Source: an uncultured Candidatus Saccharibacteria bacterium (GTDB lineage Bacteria > Patescibacteriota > Minisyncoccia > Phycocordibacterales > UBA918). From it: DNA of 64,000 nt. A model generated the notes under the pieces. It saw only the letters and a list, made by a program, of their open reading frames with translations. It did not search any database and was not told where the DNA came from. Location of the stretch: contig CAYGKO010000001.1 of NCBI GenBank assembly GCA_964350735.1, positions 18,134 to 82,133 on the forward strand. Reading direction: 5' to 3'. How positions within the stretch are numbered: the first letter of the stretch is position 1; every line of letters begins with the position of its first letter. This document shows, in pieces, positions 28,666 through 38,830 of the stretch. Position numbers and translations under genes: made by a program.

Positions 28666-29669
28666 TTCCCCGCTTGGTAGTTTTTGATAAAGGTATAGCC
28701 TCGGAAACCACCGTCGCGGCCGCCACTGATGGGGTATGAAATCCGGCTATGAGTCTTCCATTCGTCAGCTGATTCATCAAAGCGTTCCCAGTGGTGATAA
28801 ATATCAATCTGAATTTTGGTTGGGGCGAAGACCTGGGCAAAACAAAACACATTATCACCGCCGCGCGCATGAAACGTATCATTAGAATCTTTAAAATACT
28901 GCCACCAACTCCCTGCCTCGTACTTCAGTTGGTAATCACCATTTTCAAACCGAACCACCGAATGATAAATTCCCACGTCTTTCAGTGATAATGGAATTGG
29001 CGGAATGATATTAGTGAAGTAGAGAAAGTTAAACCCAACGAAGATCGCCCCAATCGAGAACACCACCGCCCGCATCTGCAGCTGCAAGAAATTGGGAATG
29101 ATTTTGTAGAGCTGCTGGATAAAGACGTACATTAAGAAGAGCGCAATCAATCCACTGCCGACAAACACCCACGGTCCCATAAAACCGGTAAAGACAGGAA
29201 TCACTAAAACCACGTATGAAAAAAGAGCGATGAAAAATACCGCTAAGTTAAATACCAAGCGCGCTGAGCGATCTTTGATGGTTTCATTACCATAGATCAC
29301 CGCTACAATCACTAAGAGAAACGGCCAACTCTCCGTCCAAGCGCCCGAGCGGCCATAGAAGATAAGCATCCCTGAGAGGAGCCCACCAAAGGCATATTGC
29401 ACCGCCAGCGGCGCGTACTTCCGCGCCCGCGGGATCCACTTCTCCGGCAACTTCCCGGCTGCGCCAGCATAGAGGAAGAAAATACTAGCCGTGGCAATCA
29501 CGACGTAAGAAAAGAGAATAACGTTGTCAAAGAGTTGATCAACGCGGTTGAGCGTCAGATTGTCGACAATGAATCCCAGTATGAAAGCCAGCGTTAACCA
29601 GTGCCGTCGGATCAGGCTGGCTTGTTTTTGGGGAACTTTAGGAAGTGAAGCTGCGGTCGGCATTTGCAT
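28560..29669 (-). CDS. Membrane protein with C-terminal soluble domain (hypothetical)
   Basis: Start chosen at MQMPTAASL. About 8 TM helices, then a roughly 130-aa beta-rich C-terminal domain. Confidence 0.4.
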   Translation of the reverse strand: MQMPTAASLPKVPQKQASLIRRHWLTLAFILGFIVDNLTLNRVDQLFDNVILFSYVVIATASIFFLYAGAAGKLPEKWIPRARKYAPLAVQYAFGGLLSGMLIFYGRSGAWTESWPFLLVIVAVIYGNETIKDRSARLVFNLAVFFIALFSYVVLVIPVFTGFMGPWVFVGSGLIALFLMYVFIQQLYKIIPNFLQLQMRAVVFSIGAIFVGFNFLYFTNIIPPIPLSLKDVGIYHSVVRFENGDYQLKYEAGSWWQYFKDSNDTFHARGGDNVFCFAQVFAPTKIQIDIYHHWERFDESADEWKTHSRISYPISGGRDGGFRGYTFIKNYQAGKWRCSVETGRGQVLGREVFHIETNSEPEELVTRVE

Positions 29670-30159
29670 ACCGGTATTGTACCTTGATTTTGATTGAGTA
29701 TAAAAAAAGCGCCGATTCATTGGAATCGGGCGCATCAGCTGCCAAAGGAGTCGGGCAGCTAATGCGCCCCTCACTCCGTTCAGCCCCACATCGCGCTTCT
29801 GTGCCCCACACGAGAAGCCGCGTGACGAAAGCAAGACAACCACATTACGCAACTTACAAGCAGCAGAATTGATTGTTGCAGGACAATACCATAAGAAAAT
29901 AAATTTGCAAGAAAAAAGCGCCCAATATGTTTGGACGCATCCTGGTGCCTACGAGACACAGGATGCGTCCATCGGCAGGCCCCGGGCAGGGGTCGAATTA
30001 AAAAAGGGTGGCTTCCATACAGCTCGAACAACTTCTCGCTACTTATATGTATGGGAGCCACCCAAACTATCGCTCATCAACACTCCTTCCCAGCAGGAGG
30101 GAACCGTGGCGTGCGGTTGAGTGGATATACGACAGTATTAGGACTTTACTACAATTTTG

Positions 30160-30204
30160 AAAAAAGAAAAGGCCGTGAGCGAAGCTCACGGCCTTTTCTT
30201 TTTC
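30160..30204. terminator. Bidirectional terminator downstream of glyA
   Basis: ggccgtgagcgaagctcacggcc (10-bp stem) with aaaagaaaa upstream and ttttctttttc downstream. Confidence 0.6.
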
Positions 30205-30252
30205 TATCTCCCTCTACTCTCAAGTCTTGGTATCATTAATGATACCAAGACT

Positions 30253-31518
30253 CTACATCATTACCTCCGGCACCGGGAACGCTTCACACATCGCTTGTAC
30301 TTCTACTTGCAACTCAGCTTTCTTCGCGGCGTCGTCTTTGTGCCGCATTGTTTCAATCATAATTTCAGCTAAGCGCGTTGCCTCTCCTTCTTTCATGCCA
30401 CGTGTCGTCATTGCTGGTGTCCCGAAGCGAATCCCAGATGGGTCCATTGGTTTTCGAGGATCGTCAGCAATCATATTTTTGTTAAGAGTAATTCCTACCT
30501 CATCAATAACAGTTTCCGCTTCTTTACCAGTTAAATTAAGTGGTGTGACATCTACCAACAACAAATGGTTGTCAGTCCCTCCACAAATTATTCGGGCTCC
30601 AGCCTCTTTAAATACTACCTCCATAGCTTTGGCATTTTTAAGAATCTGCGCAGCATAGTCTTTAAAGCTTGGTTGCAGCGCTTCACCAAAGGCGACTGCC
30701 TTCGCTGCAATCTGATGCATATGTGGACCACCCTGCATCCCTGGGAAGACCGCCTTATTAATCTTTTTGGCAATCTCAGCGTCTTCCCGCACCACGATCA
30801 TTCCCCCGCGTGGACCACGCAGTGACTTATGGGTTGTCATCGTCATCACATCAAAGCCGTAGTCAAAAGGGTTCTTCACGACACCCGCAGCAATCAATCC
30901 GGTGATGTGGGCGACGTCAGCGACCGTGTACGCACCCACCTCATCCGCAATCTCTTTAAACTTCGCGTAGTCGAGTTCGCGACTGTAGGCAGAGAAGCCA
31001 GCCAAGATAATTTTTGGCTTATGCTCCAGTGCCACTTCACGCAACGCTTCGTAGTCGATCTCACCCGTGTCGACGTCTTTCATCTTGTAGCGCACGAAGT
31101 TGAAAACTTTGTTGATGGCAGTGGTTGGGTGTCCGTGGGTGAGGTGCCCACCGTGACTCAGATCCATCCCAAGTACGGTGTCGCCTGGTTCCATCAGCGC
31201 AAAGTACATCGCTACGTTTGCCGCTGCTCCCCCGAGGGGTTGCACGTTGGCATACTTGGCTTTAAATAACTGACACGCCCTATCAATCGCAATCTGTTCC
31301 ATCTGGTCGGTAAATTCTTGCCCGCCATAATAGCGTCGGCCCGGGTAGCCTTCGGAGTATTTATTGGTAAACACTGATCCAGCGGCTTCTCGGACTGCCA
31401 TGGAGACGTAGTTCTCGCTGGGGATCAACTCCACCCCCTTTCGCTCCCGCTCTTCTTCTCCCACTAACGTGGCGTACAACTCTGGATCCTGTTCTTTAAT
31501 GAATTGGTATTCGTTCAT
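30253..31518 (-). CDS. glyA: Serine hydroxymethyltransferase
   Basis: 421 aa with SHMT PLP-site motifs (TTHKSLRGPRGG). Confidence 0.9.
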   Translation of the reverse strand: MNEYQFIKEQDPELYATLVGEEERERKGVELIPSENYVSMAVREAAGSVFTNKYSEGYPGRRYYGGQEFTDQMEQIAIDRACQLFKAKYANVQPLGGAAANVAMYFALMEPGDTVLGMDLSHGGHLTHGHPTTAINKVFNFVRYKMKDVDTGEIDYEALREVALEHKPKIILAGFSAYSRELDYAKFKEIADEVGAYTVADVAHITGLIAAGVVKNPFDYGFDVMTMTTHKSLRGPRGGMIVVREDAEIAKKINKAVFPGMQGGPHMHQIAAKAVAFGEALQPSFKDYAAQILKNAKAMEVVFKEAGARIICGGTDNHLLLVDVTPLNLTGKEAETVIDEVGITLNKNMIADDPRKPMDPSGIRFGTPAMTTRGMKEGEATRLAEIMIETMRHKDDAAKKAELQVEVQAMCEAFPVPEVMM

Positions 31519-31612
31519 GTTTTATAGTCTTAAAATACAGTAATAAAAGCCCTGATGGCTTGGCTCTACAGATACGTGAACGACATTCATTAGATCATAG
31601 GCGAATTCTTAC

Positions 31613-31954
31613 TTAGCGATTATCTCCATTTCCGGTTATTTTACCACGCTCTAACCGAGAGGTCAGCTTCTCTATGTTCTGCTCAGCGATGTCACCCAGC
31701 TTCAGACCACACTCGGTACTGAGTTGCGTCAGATACCACAACACATCTCCCAACTCCTTAGCGATTTCTCCCCGCTGTTCGTCTGTCAGCTGCGATGGCT
31801 TATATACTCCATGATCACGAATCAACTTCTTAAACTTCTCTGCCACCTCTCCTGCTTCACCAGCAAGCCCCAGGGTAATGTACACAAAATCATCATCTTT
31901 GTTTGGGTAGACCGCAGTCTTCCTTGAAGTGGTTTGGTAGTCGTTGAAATCCAT
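31613..31954 (-). CDS. MazG-like nucleotide pyrophosphohydrolase
   Basis: EAGEVAEKF...ELGDVLWYL is the MazG-family EExxE/DxxW core. Start set at MDFNDYQ, abutting the tmk stop. Confidence 0.55.
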   Translation of the reverse strand: MDFNDYQTTSRKTAVYPNKDDDFVYITLGLAGEAGEVAEKFKKLIRDHGVYKPSQLTDEQRGEIAKELGDVLWYLTQLSTECGLKLGDIAEQNIEKLTSRLERGKITGNGDNR

Positions 31955-31955
31955 A

Positions 31956-32642
31956 TTATGTAAATAATTTATTAGCGATTTCGTATACCTCTTCATGAAT
32001 AGCTTCTCGCGTCCGCAGCTCCCCATCTTCAGTACAACAATTTACTCGATGCCAATTGTTAAGCAGCGCCACAATCTGTCGGGCCCGCTCCTCGGTATCA
32101 ATCTGATGCTGTTCGTCTTTCTCCGCCACATCTTCTTTTACTTCTTTGCCATGCTTCCCTTCTGCCACTGCTTGCTGCTTTAACTTCTGGCGAATCTCGT
32201 GCGGGATATCGAAGTAGAAAATTTGATCCGGTCGCGGGATCCCGAAGATCTCGTGCTCGATATGATCAAGCCATTTGAGAAAACCTTTGAGGGTGGCTTC
32301 GTCTTTAATCTTCGCTCCTTGGTGCATCATGTTGGCACTCACATATCGGTCGAGCACCACCACCTTGCCTTCGCTTAGCCACGCTTCTAACTTTGGTTTA
32401 CTCTCAAACCGGTCAGCCGCGTAAATAGTCGAGACGATCCGCGGATCGGTATTCATAAAATCATTACAATATCCATCAAGACACGTCCGCAACAACTGGC
32501 CAAAAGTATTCTGCGTATATTGGGGAAAATCTAACGTTTCGATTTGATGACCATCAGCTTGCAGGCGCTCAATCAGTAACTTAGCCTGAGTAGCCTTGCC
32601 TGCTCCATCTCCTCCATCGATCACAATTAGTTTTCCAGACAT
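31956..32642 (-). CDS. tmk: Thymidylate kinase
   Basis: P-loop IVIDGGDGAGKATQ with DRY and lid region. 228 aa. Confidence 0.85.
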   Translation of the reverse strand: MSGKLIVIDGGDGAGKATQAKLLIERLQADGHQIETLDFPQYTQNTFGQLLRTCLDGYCNDFMNTDPRIVSTIYAADRFESKPKLEAWLSEGKVVVLDRYVSANMMHQGAKIKDEATLKGFLKWLDHIEHEIFGIPRPDQIFYFDIPHEIRQKLKQQAVAEGKHGKEVKEDVAEKDEQHQIDTEERARQIVALLNNWHRVNCCTEDGELRTREAIHEEVYEIANKLFT

Positions 32643-32776
32643 TACATATATAGTATCACTGGAAACTTAAGCTATTCAAATATTTCCATAATCAGAAACA
32701 GGGTTGCGTGGGCGTCAAGGCTGTGGCCCGGGTGTCAAATGCTAAAATAAACGTATTAATTCCTAAGCCCCTACCT

Positions 32777-34135
32777 ATGAGCACTATCGCTGCTATCACC
32801 CACACTCGCCAAAGTCTTAAAAACGGCGGCCAAGTTGTTGTCCTCAACACTGACGCTACTATCAACGCTGAATCTGAAGCCATGCTCCAGGCGCTGCACT
32901 CCCGCTCCACTGAAGGGATTGATGGGCACCTCGAGATCTTAGCTGAGAAAGGATCAGAGAAATTCATGTCGACCTTCTATGTCGGCTACGGCCACAAATC
33001 AATTGGTGACTGTGGGAGCGCTACCCTCTTCATTGAAGGTGTGTCGATGTTGGCGGCTAAAGCGATCCAAGACTGGAAGCTCTACTCGGGCCAAGAATCA
33101 TCAACCCGCTACATCGACTTTGCCGAACAAGCCTTCATGAATCCAGCTGGTTCGACCGAGGGTGAAACGATCGTAGAAACGTGGAGAACGTTCTACCTCA
33201 AAGCAGTGAACGAAATGAAAGACGTCCTCAAAGAACGGTACCCAATACAAGATGGAGAAAAGGAAGGCGTATACAACAAAGCGATCGCGGCCCGGGCTTT
33301 TGATACCACGAGAGGCTTCCTCCCCGCTGGCGCCACCACCAACCTCGCCTGGCACGGCAACCTGCGACAGTTCGCCGACAAAGTTGCCCAGCTCCGTCAT
33401 CACCCCCTCGCTGAAGTACGCGAAATTGCTGAAGCCACTGAGCAAGCCCTTCTCATTGCCTTCCCCAACTCCTTCACCGACAAGCGCTACGAAACATCAG
33501 AGGAATACACCAAGCTGGTGATGAACACCCACTACTACCATCACGATGTCGACTGCCCGAAGCTGAAGCTGGTGCGTAACGGGATTGATACCGACCGATT
33601 GGCCACTCACCGAGAAGTACTCGAGCAGCGCCCACAATACGCCGAACTACCAAAGTCATTAGGAACGCTCGGTGAAGTAGAGTTTGACTACCTGCTCGAC
33701 TTTGGATCATTCCGAGACATTCAACGACACCGCGCCATCACGCAGCGCATGCCGCTTCTGACCTCAGACATTGGCTTCAACGCTTGGTACCTTGACGAAC
33801 TTTCTGACAGTCTCAAAACTGAAGCGACGGCCCTCATTGCTGACCTCAAAGCTAAGACCGACGCTCTCGATATCTCTCCTGAAGCCAAGCAGTACTACGT
33901 CCCGATGGGTTACAACGTCTCGTGTAACTTCTCCGGTGACCTACCAGCGGTGGTATACATGGTAGAGCTACGCGCCACTCGCTTCGTCCACCCAACCCTT
34001 CGCTACCAAGCGGCTGACATGGCCAACATCCTCAGCGACACCTTCGACAGCGCCGGCCTCCAGATCCACCTCGATGCTGACATCGACCGCTTCGATGTGA
34101 AACGCGGCGAGCACGATATTACTGCTAAAGAATAA
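32777..34135 (+). CDS. thyX: Flavin-dependent thymidylate synthase ThyX, fused pseudo-dimer
   Basis: Second half has the catalytic RHR motif (FRDIQRHRAITQRMP). First half has the ThyX fold pattern (ATLFIEGVS...SGQESSTRY) but RHR is degenerate. About 450 aa from MSTIAAI. Confidence 0.7.
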   Translation: MSTIAAITHTRQSLKNGGQVVVLNTDATINAESEAMLQALHSRSTEGIDGHLEILAEKGSEKFMSTFYVGYGHKSIGDCGSATLFIEGVSMLAAKAIQDWKLYSGQESSTRYIDFAEQAFMNPAGSTEGETIVETWRTFYLKAVNEMKDVLKERYPIQDGEKEGVYNKAIAARAFDTTRGFLPAGATTNLAWHGNLRQFADKVAQLRHHPLAEVREIAEATEQALLIAFPNSFTDKRYETSEEYTKLVMNTHYYHHDVDCPKLKLVRNGIDTDRLATHREVLEQRPQYAELPKSLGTLGEVEFDYLLDFGSFRDIQRHRAITQRMPLLTSDIGFNAWYLDELSDSLKTEATALIADLKAKTDALDISPEAKQYYVPMGYNVSCNFSGDLPAVVYMVELRATRFVHPTLRYQAADMANILSDTFDSAGLQIHLDADIDRFDVKRGEHDITAKE

Positions 34136-34140
34136 GTGCT

Positions 34141-34653
34141 ATGAAAGTACTCAATGAAATTACTGAGAAAAGTCTTGGCCTTGGTGAGACTGAGCTTTTG
34201 GGTGAAAAATACGAACTTCGAAAAAGTGCCCGCGCTATTTTGTTAAATGACTCTGGAGAAATGGCTACCCAATATCTCAACACTTACACTTATCACAAAC
34301 TTCCTGGTGGTGGTATAGAAATCGGTGAATCTGTCGAAGCAGCATTAAAACGAGAAATTCTTGAAGAAGTTGGCTGTGACTGCGATCCAATCTGCCCAAT
34401 CGGAATGACGATAGAATACCGCAATGAGTGGATGTGGCTCCATATTTCAAAGTGCTTTGTGGTAAAAGTAGTTGGTGACATTGGACCTACCAATCTCGAA
34501 CCAGGCGAGATTGAAGAAGGTCAAGAAACCCTCTGGCTACCTCCAGAGCAGGTGCTTGAGAATATGAAAACTGACACTCCAAAACACTATGAAGGCCACT
34601 TCATCCTCGCTCGGGAAATAAGCTTCTTAGAGGAATACCTCAACACAATTTAA
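34141..34653 (+). CDS. NUDIX hydrolase
   Basis: Nudix box LPGGGIEIGESVEAALKREILEEVG. Confidence 0.65.
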   Translation: MKVLNEITEKSLGLGETELLGEKYELRKSARAILLNDSGEMATQYLNTYTYHKLPGGGIEIGESVEAALKREILEEVGCDCDPICPIGMTIEYRNEWMWLHISKCFVVKVVGDIGPTNLEPGEIEEGQETLWLPPEQVLENMKTDTPKHYEGHFILAREISFLEEYLNTI

Positions 34654-34655
34654 AT

Positions 34656-34687
34656 AAAAAACCGCACCTGATCAGGTGCAGTTTTTT
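34656..34687. terminator. Bidirectional terminator (ccgcacctgatcaggtgcgg-like stem, A/T flanks)
   Basis: aaaaaaccgcacctgatcaggtgcagtttttt lies between convergent genes. Confidence 0.6.
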
Positions 34688-35789
34688 ATTTAAATTGCTT
34701 CCCTAACTTTGGGCCGCTTTGCTTCAGATAGTTTGATTCCTTAGTGTCGTAATGAATCATGGGTTCTTCGGTCATAGTTTCAAACTTGATCTTGGCAATT
34801 GGCTGGCCGGCCCGAACGACCACGTCTTCAAATGGTCGGACCTCAAGGGTAAATGGTCGTCCCTTCCCGGCACCATCTTCCCCCCAGCCCCACCCCGGGT
34901 CTAAAAAGCCGGCGTAGTGTGAGCGGAAGTCACCACTGCGTTCATCCATTGGGGCCATCTCACTCGCGAGGGTCGGTGGGATACGCACCCGCTCAGCGCC
35001 GGAGAGAATATAAAATTTGTTTCGCTCTAATTTCAATACGCCGTCTTTTGCATACACTGGGGCGAAGAAATCACTTCCTGTATACCCGGCCACATGCGCG
35101 ACATCAACCACCTGGGTTTTATCCGCGGTACAGACATAGCCGCAGACATCGTCGCCAATCATCGCAGTGAGAATAAGAGCGCCATCTTTATCGTGCGTCA
35201 CGAGCTCATCGTACTGGAGTGGTCGATCTTCTGTTTCGTGATACACCAGTTCGTGTTGCTTCAGGGCAATCTCTAAGTCGAGCTCCCCCAGACGCGTATC
35301 ACCGGTAAAGAGGCGGAGTTGCGTCAGCGGTGTCCCCTCGTGGATCTGAATCGCAAATGATTTGGGGTGTACGGCGGCCCAGAGTTCACCGACATACCCG
35401 CGGGGTGTCACCGAGTCATAGCGTGGTACGCCATCAGCGAGAACACGCACGTGCATATCAAGGCGACCGGTTGACGACTTTGGATTACAGAAGCCATAGA
35501 CTTCTTTTGGTAACTCCAGCGTTTCATTGAGTCGCACCAAATACATTCGATCGCACTGTAGGGGTGTGGCGATATCATGATCAGTCGCCCCCATGAGACC
35601 GAGTAAGTCACGGATTTTCTCACCTCGTTTCGGCAGCAAGAGTCCGGTGATTTCATAGAGTTCACTCGACACGGACAAATCAAGAGACGCGGGAGAAATG
35701 TTGGCTGGGTTTGCTCCCACTACAAAACCGGCTTCAATTAGATCAGATAGCTTCTGACTTGGTAAGGCGCCTTTTCGTTCCGGATTCAT
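34686..35789 (-). CDS. dcd: dCTP deaminase, long DCD-type (dUTPase superfamily)
   Basis: 367 aa. Resemblance to the long 2'-deoxycytidine 5'-triphosphate deaminase family, which is larger than the classic 190-aa Dcd. Sits in a thymidylate gene neighbourhood. Confidence 0.45.
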   Translation of the reverse strand: MNPERKGALPSQKLSDLIEAGFVVGANPANISPASLDLSVSSELYEITGLLLPKRGEKIRDLLGLMGATDHDIATPLQCDRMYLVRLNETLELPKEVYGFCNPKSSTGRLDMHVRVLADGVPRYDSVTPRGYVGELWAAVHPKSFAIQIHEGTPLTQLRLFTGDTRLGELDLEIALKQHELVYHETEDRPLQYDELVTHDKDGALILTAMIGDDVCGYVCTADKTQVVDVAHVAGYTGSDFFAPVYAKDGVLKLERNKFYILSGAERVRIPPTLASEMAPMDERSGDFRSHYAGFLDPGWGWGEDGAGKGRPFTLEVRPFEDVVVRAGQPIAKIKFETMTEEPMIHYDTKESNYLKQSGPKLGKQFK

Positions 35790-35821
35790 AATTGCTCAAA
35801 TATACCACGCCAGTTGACTCC

Positions 35822-36229
35822 CTACAGCTTGGCAAGCTCTAATTTTACTACTTCAATAATGTCAGCGACAGTATCAAAGTGATGATACGGGATGTTTTCT
35901 TTCTGCGTAAATCCTGTCACCATCCGCGATACATATTCATCTTTGTGTGCAAATAATACCAAAGGCTTCCCAGTATGGTAGCGAAACACTAATTCCATAC
36001 CTAAACCTAATGAAGAATAATCACAAATAGCCACCATCAAATCACATGACTCAGTACAAGCACGATCATACTCGTAGACATCTACCTCACTACCATTCTC
36101 TAGTCCCACAAAATCAAGCACCTCTATTTCTGGCAATGATCGTAGCTGATTTTTTAATTCAGTTTGGAAACGATTACGAAATTCTTTTGGAGCATCTGTC
36201 AGCGCCATGCCGACATAGATAGTTTTCAT
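35822..36229 (-). CDS. Nucleoside 2-deoxyribosyltransferase / dNMP N-glycosidase (DNPH1/Rcl)-like protein
   Basis: IYVGMAL...DLMVAICDYSSLGLGMELVFRYHTGKPLVLF parallels the DNPH1 ADVVVAEVTQPSLGVGYELGRAVALNKRILCLF core. Confidence 0.5.
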   Translation of the reverse strand: MKTIYVGMALTDAPKEFRNRFQTELKNQLRSLPEIEVLDFVGLENGSEVDVYEYDRACTESCDLMVAICDYSSLGLGMELVFRYHTGKPLVLFAHKDEYVSRMVTGFTQKENIPYHHFDTVADIIEVVKLELAKL

Positions 36230-36247
36230 AAATATATCCTAGCATTT

Positions 36248-36991
36248 TTAATCTATTGACGGTGGCAAGAATCGTTCGTACAACACTCGAAATGTATCCT
36301 CAGCGAACGGTACGATGAGCTTGGCTTTTTGGTTTTCGGTTGTAAAGGTCACCCCCGGCACATTACGGATTATAGCGACTGGTTGACACTCAGCTGTTTC
36401 GCCCATCACTACATTAGCAGCGGCTGCCAAACCGTCAGCTAAGTTACTCACCTCAATCTTCATCTCACGACCAAACAAATCTTCTTCTCCCACATGATTG
36501 ATCACCGGTTCAAACCCCCAGAATCCAATCGACACCCCCGCGGCTCCGCGACGCAACGGATGGGAGTGACTATCAGTCACCAATACCCCAACATTCTGTA
36601 AACTAAATCGTCGACATAAGTATCCATGAATAGCTTCCGCACTTTTAAAAGGCTCCTTAGGCAACATAACGAAATACCCATTTGCGTTACTTTCATCGAT
36701 GCCGGCTGTACCAATAAAAGCACCGTGCTTCACGGTGAGATCCGAACCCCAATAGTCACGCGGAATGGCTAAATCAGCTTCTGCTTGGACCAAAGCAGCT
36801 TTGTCGGTTTCTGCTACTAAGCGACAATTTCCTTCGTGGATAGCTACTACCTTAGAAGAGACAGCTACAATGTCTCCCTCCATCACTAAATCAAGTGATT
36901 CATCGAGCACTGCAAATAAATCATCTTTTGGTGGAGTCAGGATTCTGGTTTTAATTGGAATTATTTCCATAAGCTGCGCAGAGTATAACAA
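36248..36991 (-). CDS. CofE-like gamma-glutamyl ligase family protein (F420-0:glutamyl ligase fold)
   Basis: GDIVAVSSKVVAIHEG, GTAGIDESNANG and TDSHSHPLRRGAAGVSIGFWGF match conserved CofE/FbiB N-domain blocks. Confidence 0.5.
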   Translation of the reverse strand: MLYSAQLMEIIPIKTRILTPPKDDLFAVLDESLDLVMEGDIVAVSSKVVAIHEGNCRLVAETDKAALVQAEADLAIPRDYWGSDLTVKHGAFIGTAGIDESNANGYFVMLPKEPFKSAEAIHGYLCRRFSLQNVGVLVTDSHSHPLRRGAAGVSIGFWGFEPVINHVGEEDLFGREMKIEVSNLADGLAAAANVVMGETAECQPVAIIRNVPGVTFTTENQKAKLIVPFAEDTFRVLYERFLPPSID

Positions 36992-37130
36992 AACTGACGT
37001 GCTGGCCCTAGGGCCAGCACGTCAGTTTTATGTTGTGATTAGAAGCTAATCTTTAACATGTACTTCTTAACAGAAGCTGTACCAGTTTCAGTATTTTCTG
37101 GAGAAAATACTAGACAGCCTCGGTACACAA

Positions 37131-37556
37131 TTAGTCCTTAACGTGTACTCCCATTGATTTACAGGTTCCTTCGATAATTTTCATTGCTGCATCGATATCG
37201 TTTGCAGAAATATCTACCATCTTAGCTTCAGCAATTTCTTTAATCTGCGCTCGCGTAATGTCGCCAACTTTAGAAACTAGGTTCTTTCCAGATCCCTTAT
37301 CTTTTCCAATTGCCTTAAGGATCATTCGTGATGCAGGAGCAGTCTTGCAAACAAAGTCGAACGACCGGTCATCGTATACGTTGATGATTGTTGGCACAAT
37401 CTCCCCCATTCGGTCTCGCGTCTGTTCGTTGAATTGGTTTACGAATTCACCAATGTTAATACCCGCTTGTCCCAGTACTGGCCCAAGTGGTGGCGCTGGT
37501 GTTGCTTTTCCTCCGATCGCCTGTACCTTTACCTGCTTAATTAATTGCTTTGCCAT
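37131..37556 (-). CDS. rplK: 50S ribosomal protein L11
   Basis: 141 aa with the L11 N-terminal PPLGPVLGQAGINI motif. Confidence 0.9.
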   Translation of the reverse strand: MAKQLIKQVKVQAIGGKATPAPPLGPVLGQAGINIGEFVNQFNEQTRDRMGEIVPTIINVYDDRSFDFVCKTAPASRMILKAIGKDKGSGKNLVSKVGDITRAQIKEIAEAKMVDISANDIDAAMKIIEGTCKSMGVHVKD

Positions 37557-37656
37557 AAAATAATTTTAGTTGTTGATAAAAGGATGATTGGTCCAAACAA
37601 TCATTCCCTTTAGAAGCGCCGCTAGAATAACCTATATATGTAGGAAAATCAATCAC

Positions 37657-38283
37657 TTAACGATCTGTAAACGCAACCTTAATGCCAAGAGCGACTAGTG
37701 CCCCACCAAGGAATTTGTTAAACACGCTCTGAAATCGATTGAGTTGGTGTTGTACTCGTTCTTGGGTAAAGGCCAAGGCAACAATCGTAAACCAGAGAGT
37801 AGTATTAGTGATCATAATTAGACTCATGACCATGAGAATGATACCGGGAGTTGCTGGATCGATTACGAGCGTAAAGAGACTTAAGAAAAAGAGGGTCACC
37901 TTTGGATTAAGAGCATTAGTCAGAAAACCAATCCGCACCGCTTGCCAGCGCGAAATCTCAGCCTTACTTTCTTCAGCTGTTACGGAGACTGCTTGAGACT
38001 TACTCAGGATGGCAGTAATTCCTAGATACACTAAATACGCCGCGCCCAAGAATTTAATAATTGTAAACAACAAAATCGACTGTGATATTAGTAAAGCTAA
38101 ACCAAGGACGCAGTACAACATATGAACACTGATACCAGCCCCCATGCCAACAGCAGTCCAAATACCCGTCCGTCGAGAATAAGTTAGAGAGTTTTTAACG
38201 ACTACAATAAAATCAGGACCAGGACTAATAACCCCCAACAGATGGATGAGTGTCACCGTACCAATAAGTGCTAGATATTCCAT
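37657..38283 (-). CDS. LysE/RhtB-family amino-acid exporter
   Basis: 6-TM layout with the LysE-type N-terminal signature (ISPGPDF) starting from MEYLALIG. Confidence 0.65.
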   Translation of the reverse strand: MEYLALIGTVTLIHLLGVISPGPDFIVVVKNSLTYSRRTGIWTAVGMGAGISVHMLYCVLGLALLISQSILLFTIIKFLGAAYLVYLGITAILSKSQAVSVTAEESKAEISRWQAVRIGFLTNALNPKVTLFFLSLFTLVIDPATPGIILMVMSLIMITNTTLWFTIVALAFTQERVQHQLNRFQSVFNKFLGGALVALGIKVAFTDR

Positions 38284-38304
38284 AGAAATACATAGTAGCA
38301 AAAA

Positions 38305-38826
38305 TTAGGCGAGGTGTAACTTCTGATAATTAAATGTATCTAGATCAGATTTCAAATTATCCATACTATTCCCTGCCAACACCCCACCAGCAATAAACTT
38401 TTCTTGCGTAATATCTGCCAGACAAAAGTCTGACATCATAAAGTTATCTTTTTCTGTCTCTGTTTGGAATTCAAAATCAACTACTACTAAGCCAGCAAGA
38501 TCTCCAGTAAATACATCGAACTCAGCCGTTCTTCCTTCATGTTCGTAAAAATAGCGTAGTTTAGAAACTCGACGGCACCGAATTGATTTAAAACTGTTAA
38601 ATTCTTCTTCCATTAAAGGAATCGTGGTCTCTTCTTGTTTTGACGCATCTCCTTCGGAGGTCGGTACCTTACGAGTCAATTCGTACCTGTCCCCATTTTT
38701 ACGAATCCGTAAGTCAGCGTGATCGGTGCCATTTTCAACATATAAATCTATAATCTCTTTAGCGTCACAGGAGGATAACCCAACAGGGAGTGACTTCGCT
38801 AAGTACGTTAGTTCTAGTTCAATCAT
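38305..38826 (-). CDS. CYTH-domain protein (triphosphate tunnel metalloenzyme / class IV adenylate-cyclase-like)
   Basis: N-terminal IELELTYLA (the ExExK-type CYTH signature). Alternating charged beta-strands such as VVVDFEF. Confidence 0.5.
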   Translation of the reverse strand: MIELELTYLAKSLPVGLSSCDAKEIIDLYVENGTDHADLRIRKNGDRYELTRKVPTSEGDASKQEETTIPLMEEEFNSFKSIRCRRVSKLRYFYEHEGRTAEFDVFTGDLAGLVVVDFEFQTETEKDNFMMSDFCLADITQEKFIAGGVLAGNSMDNLKSDLDTFNYQKLHLA

Positions 38827-38830
38827 ACAT

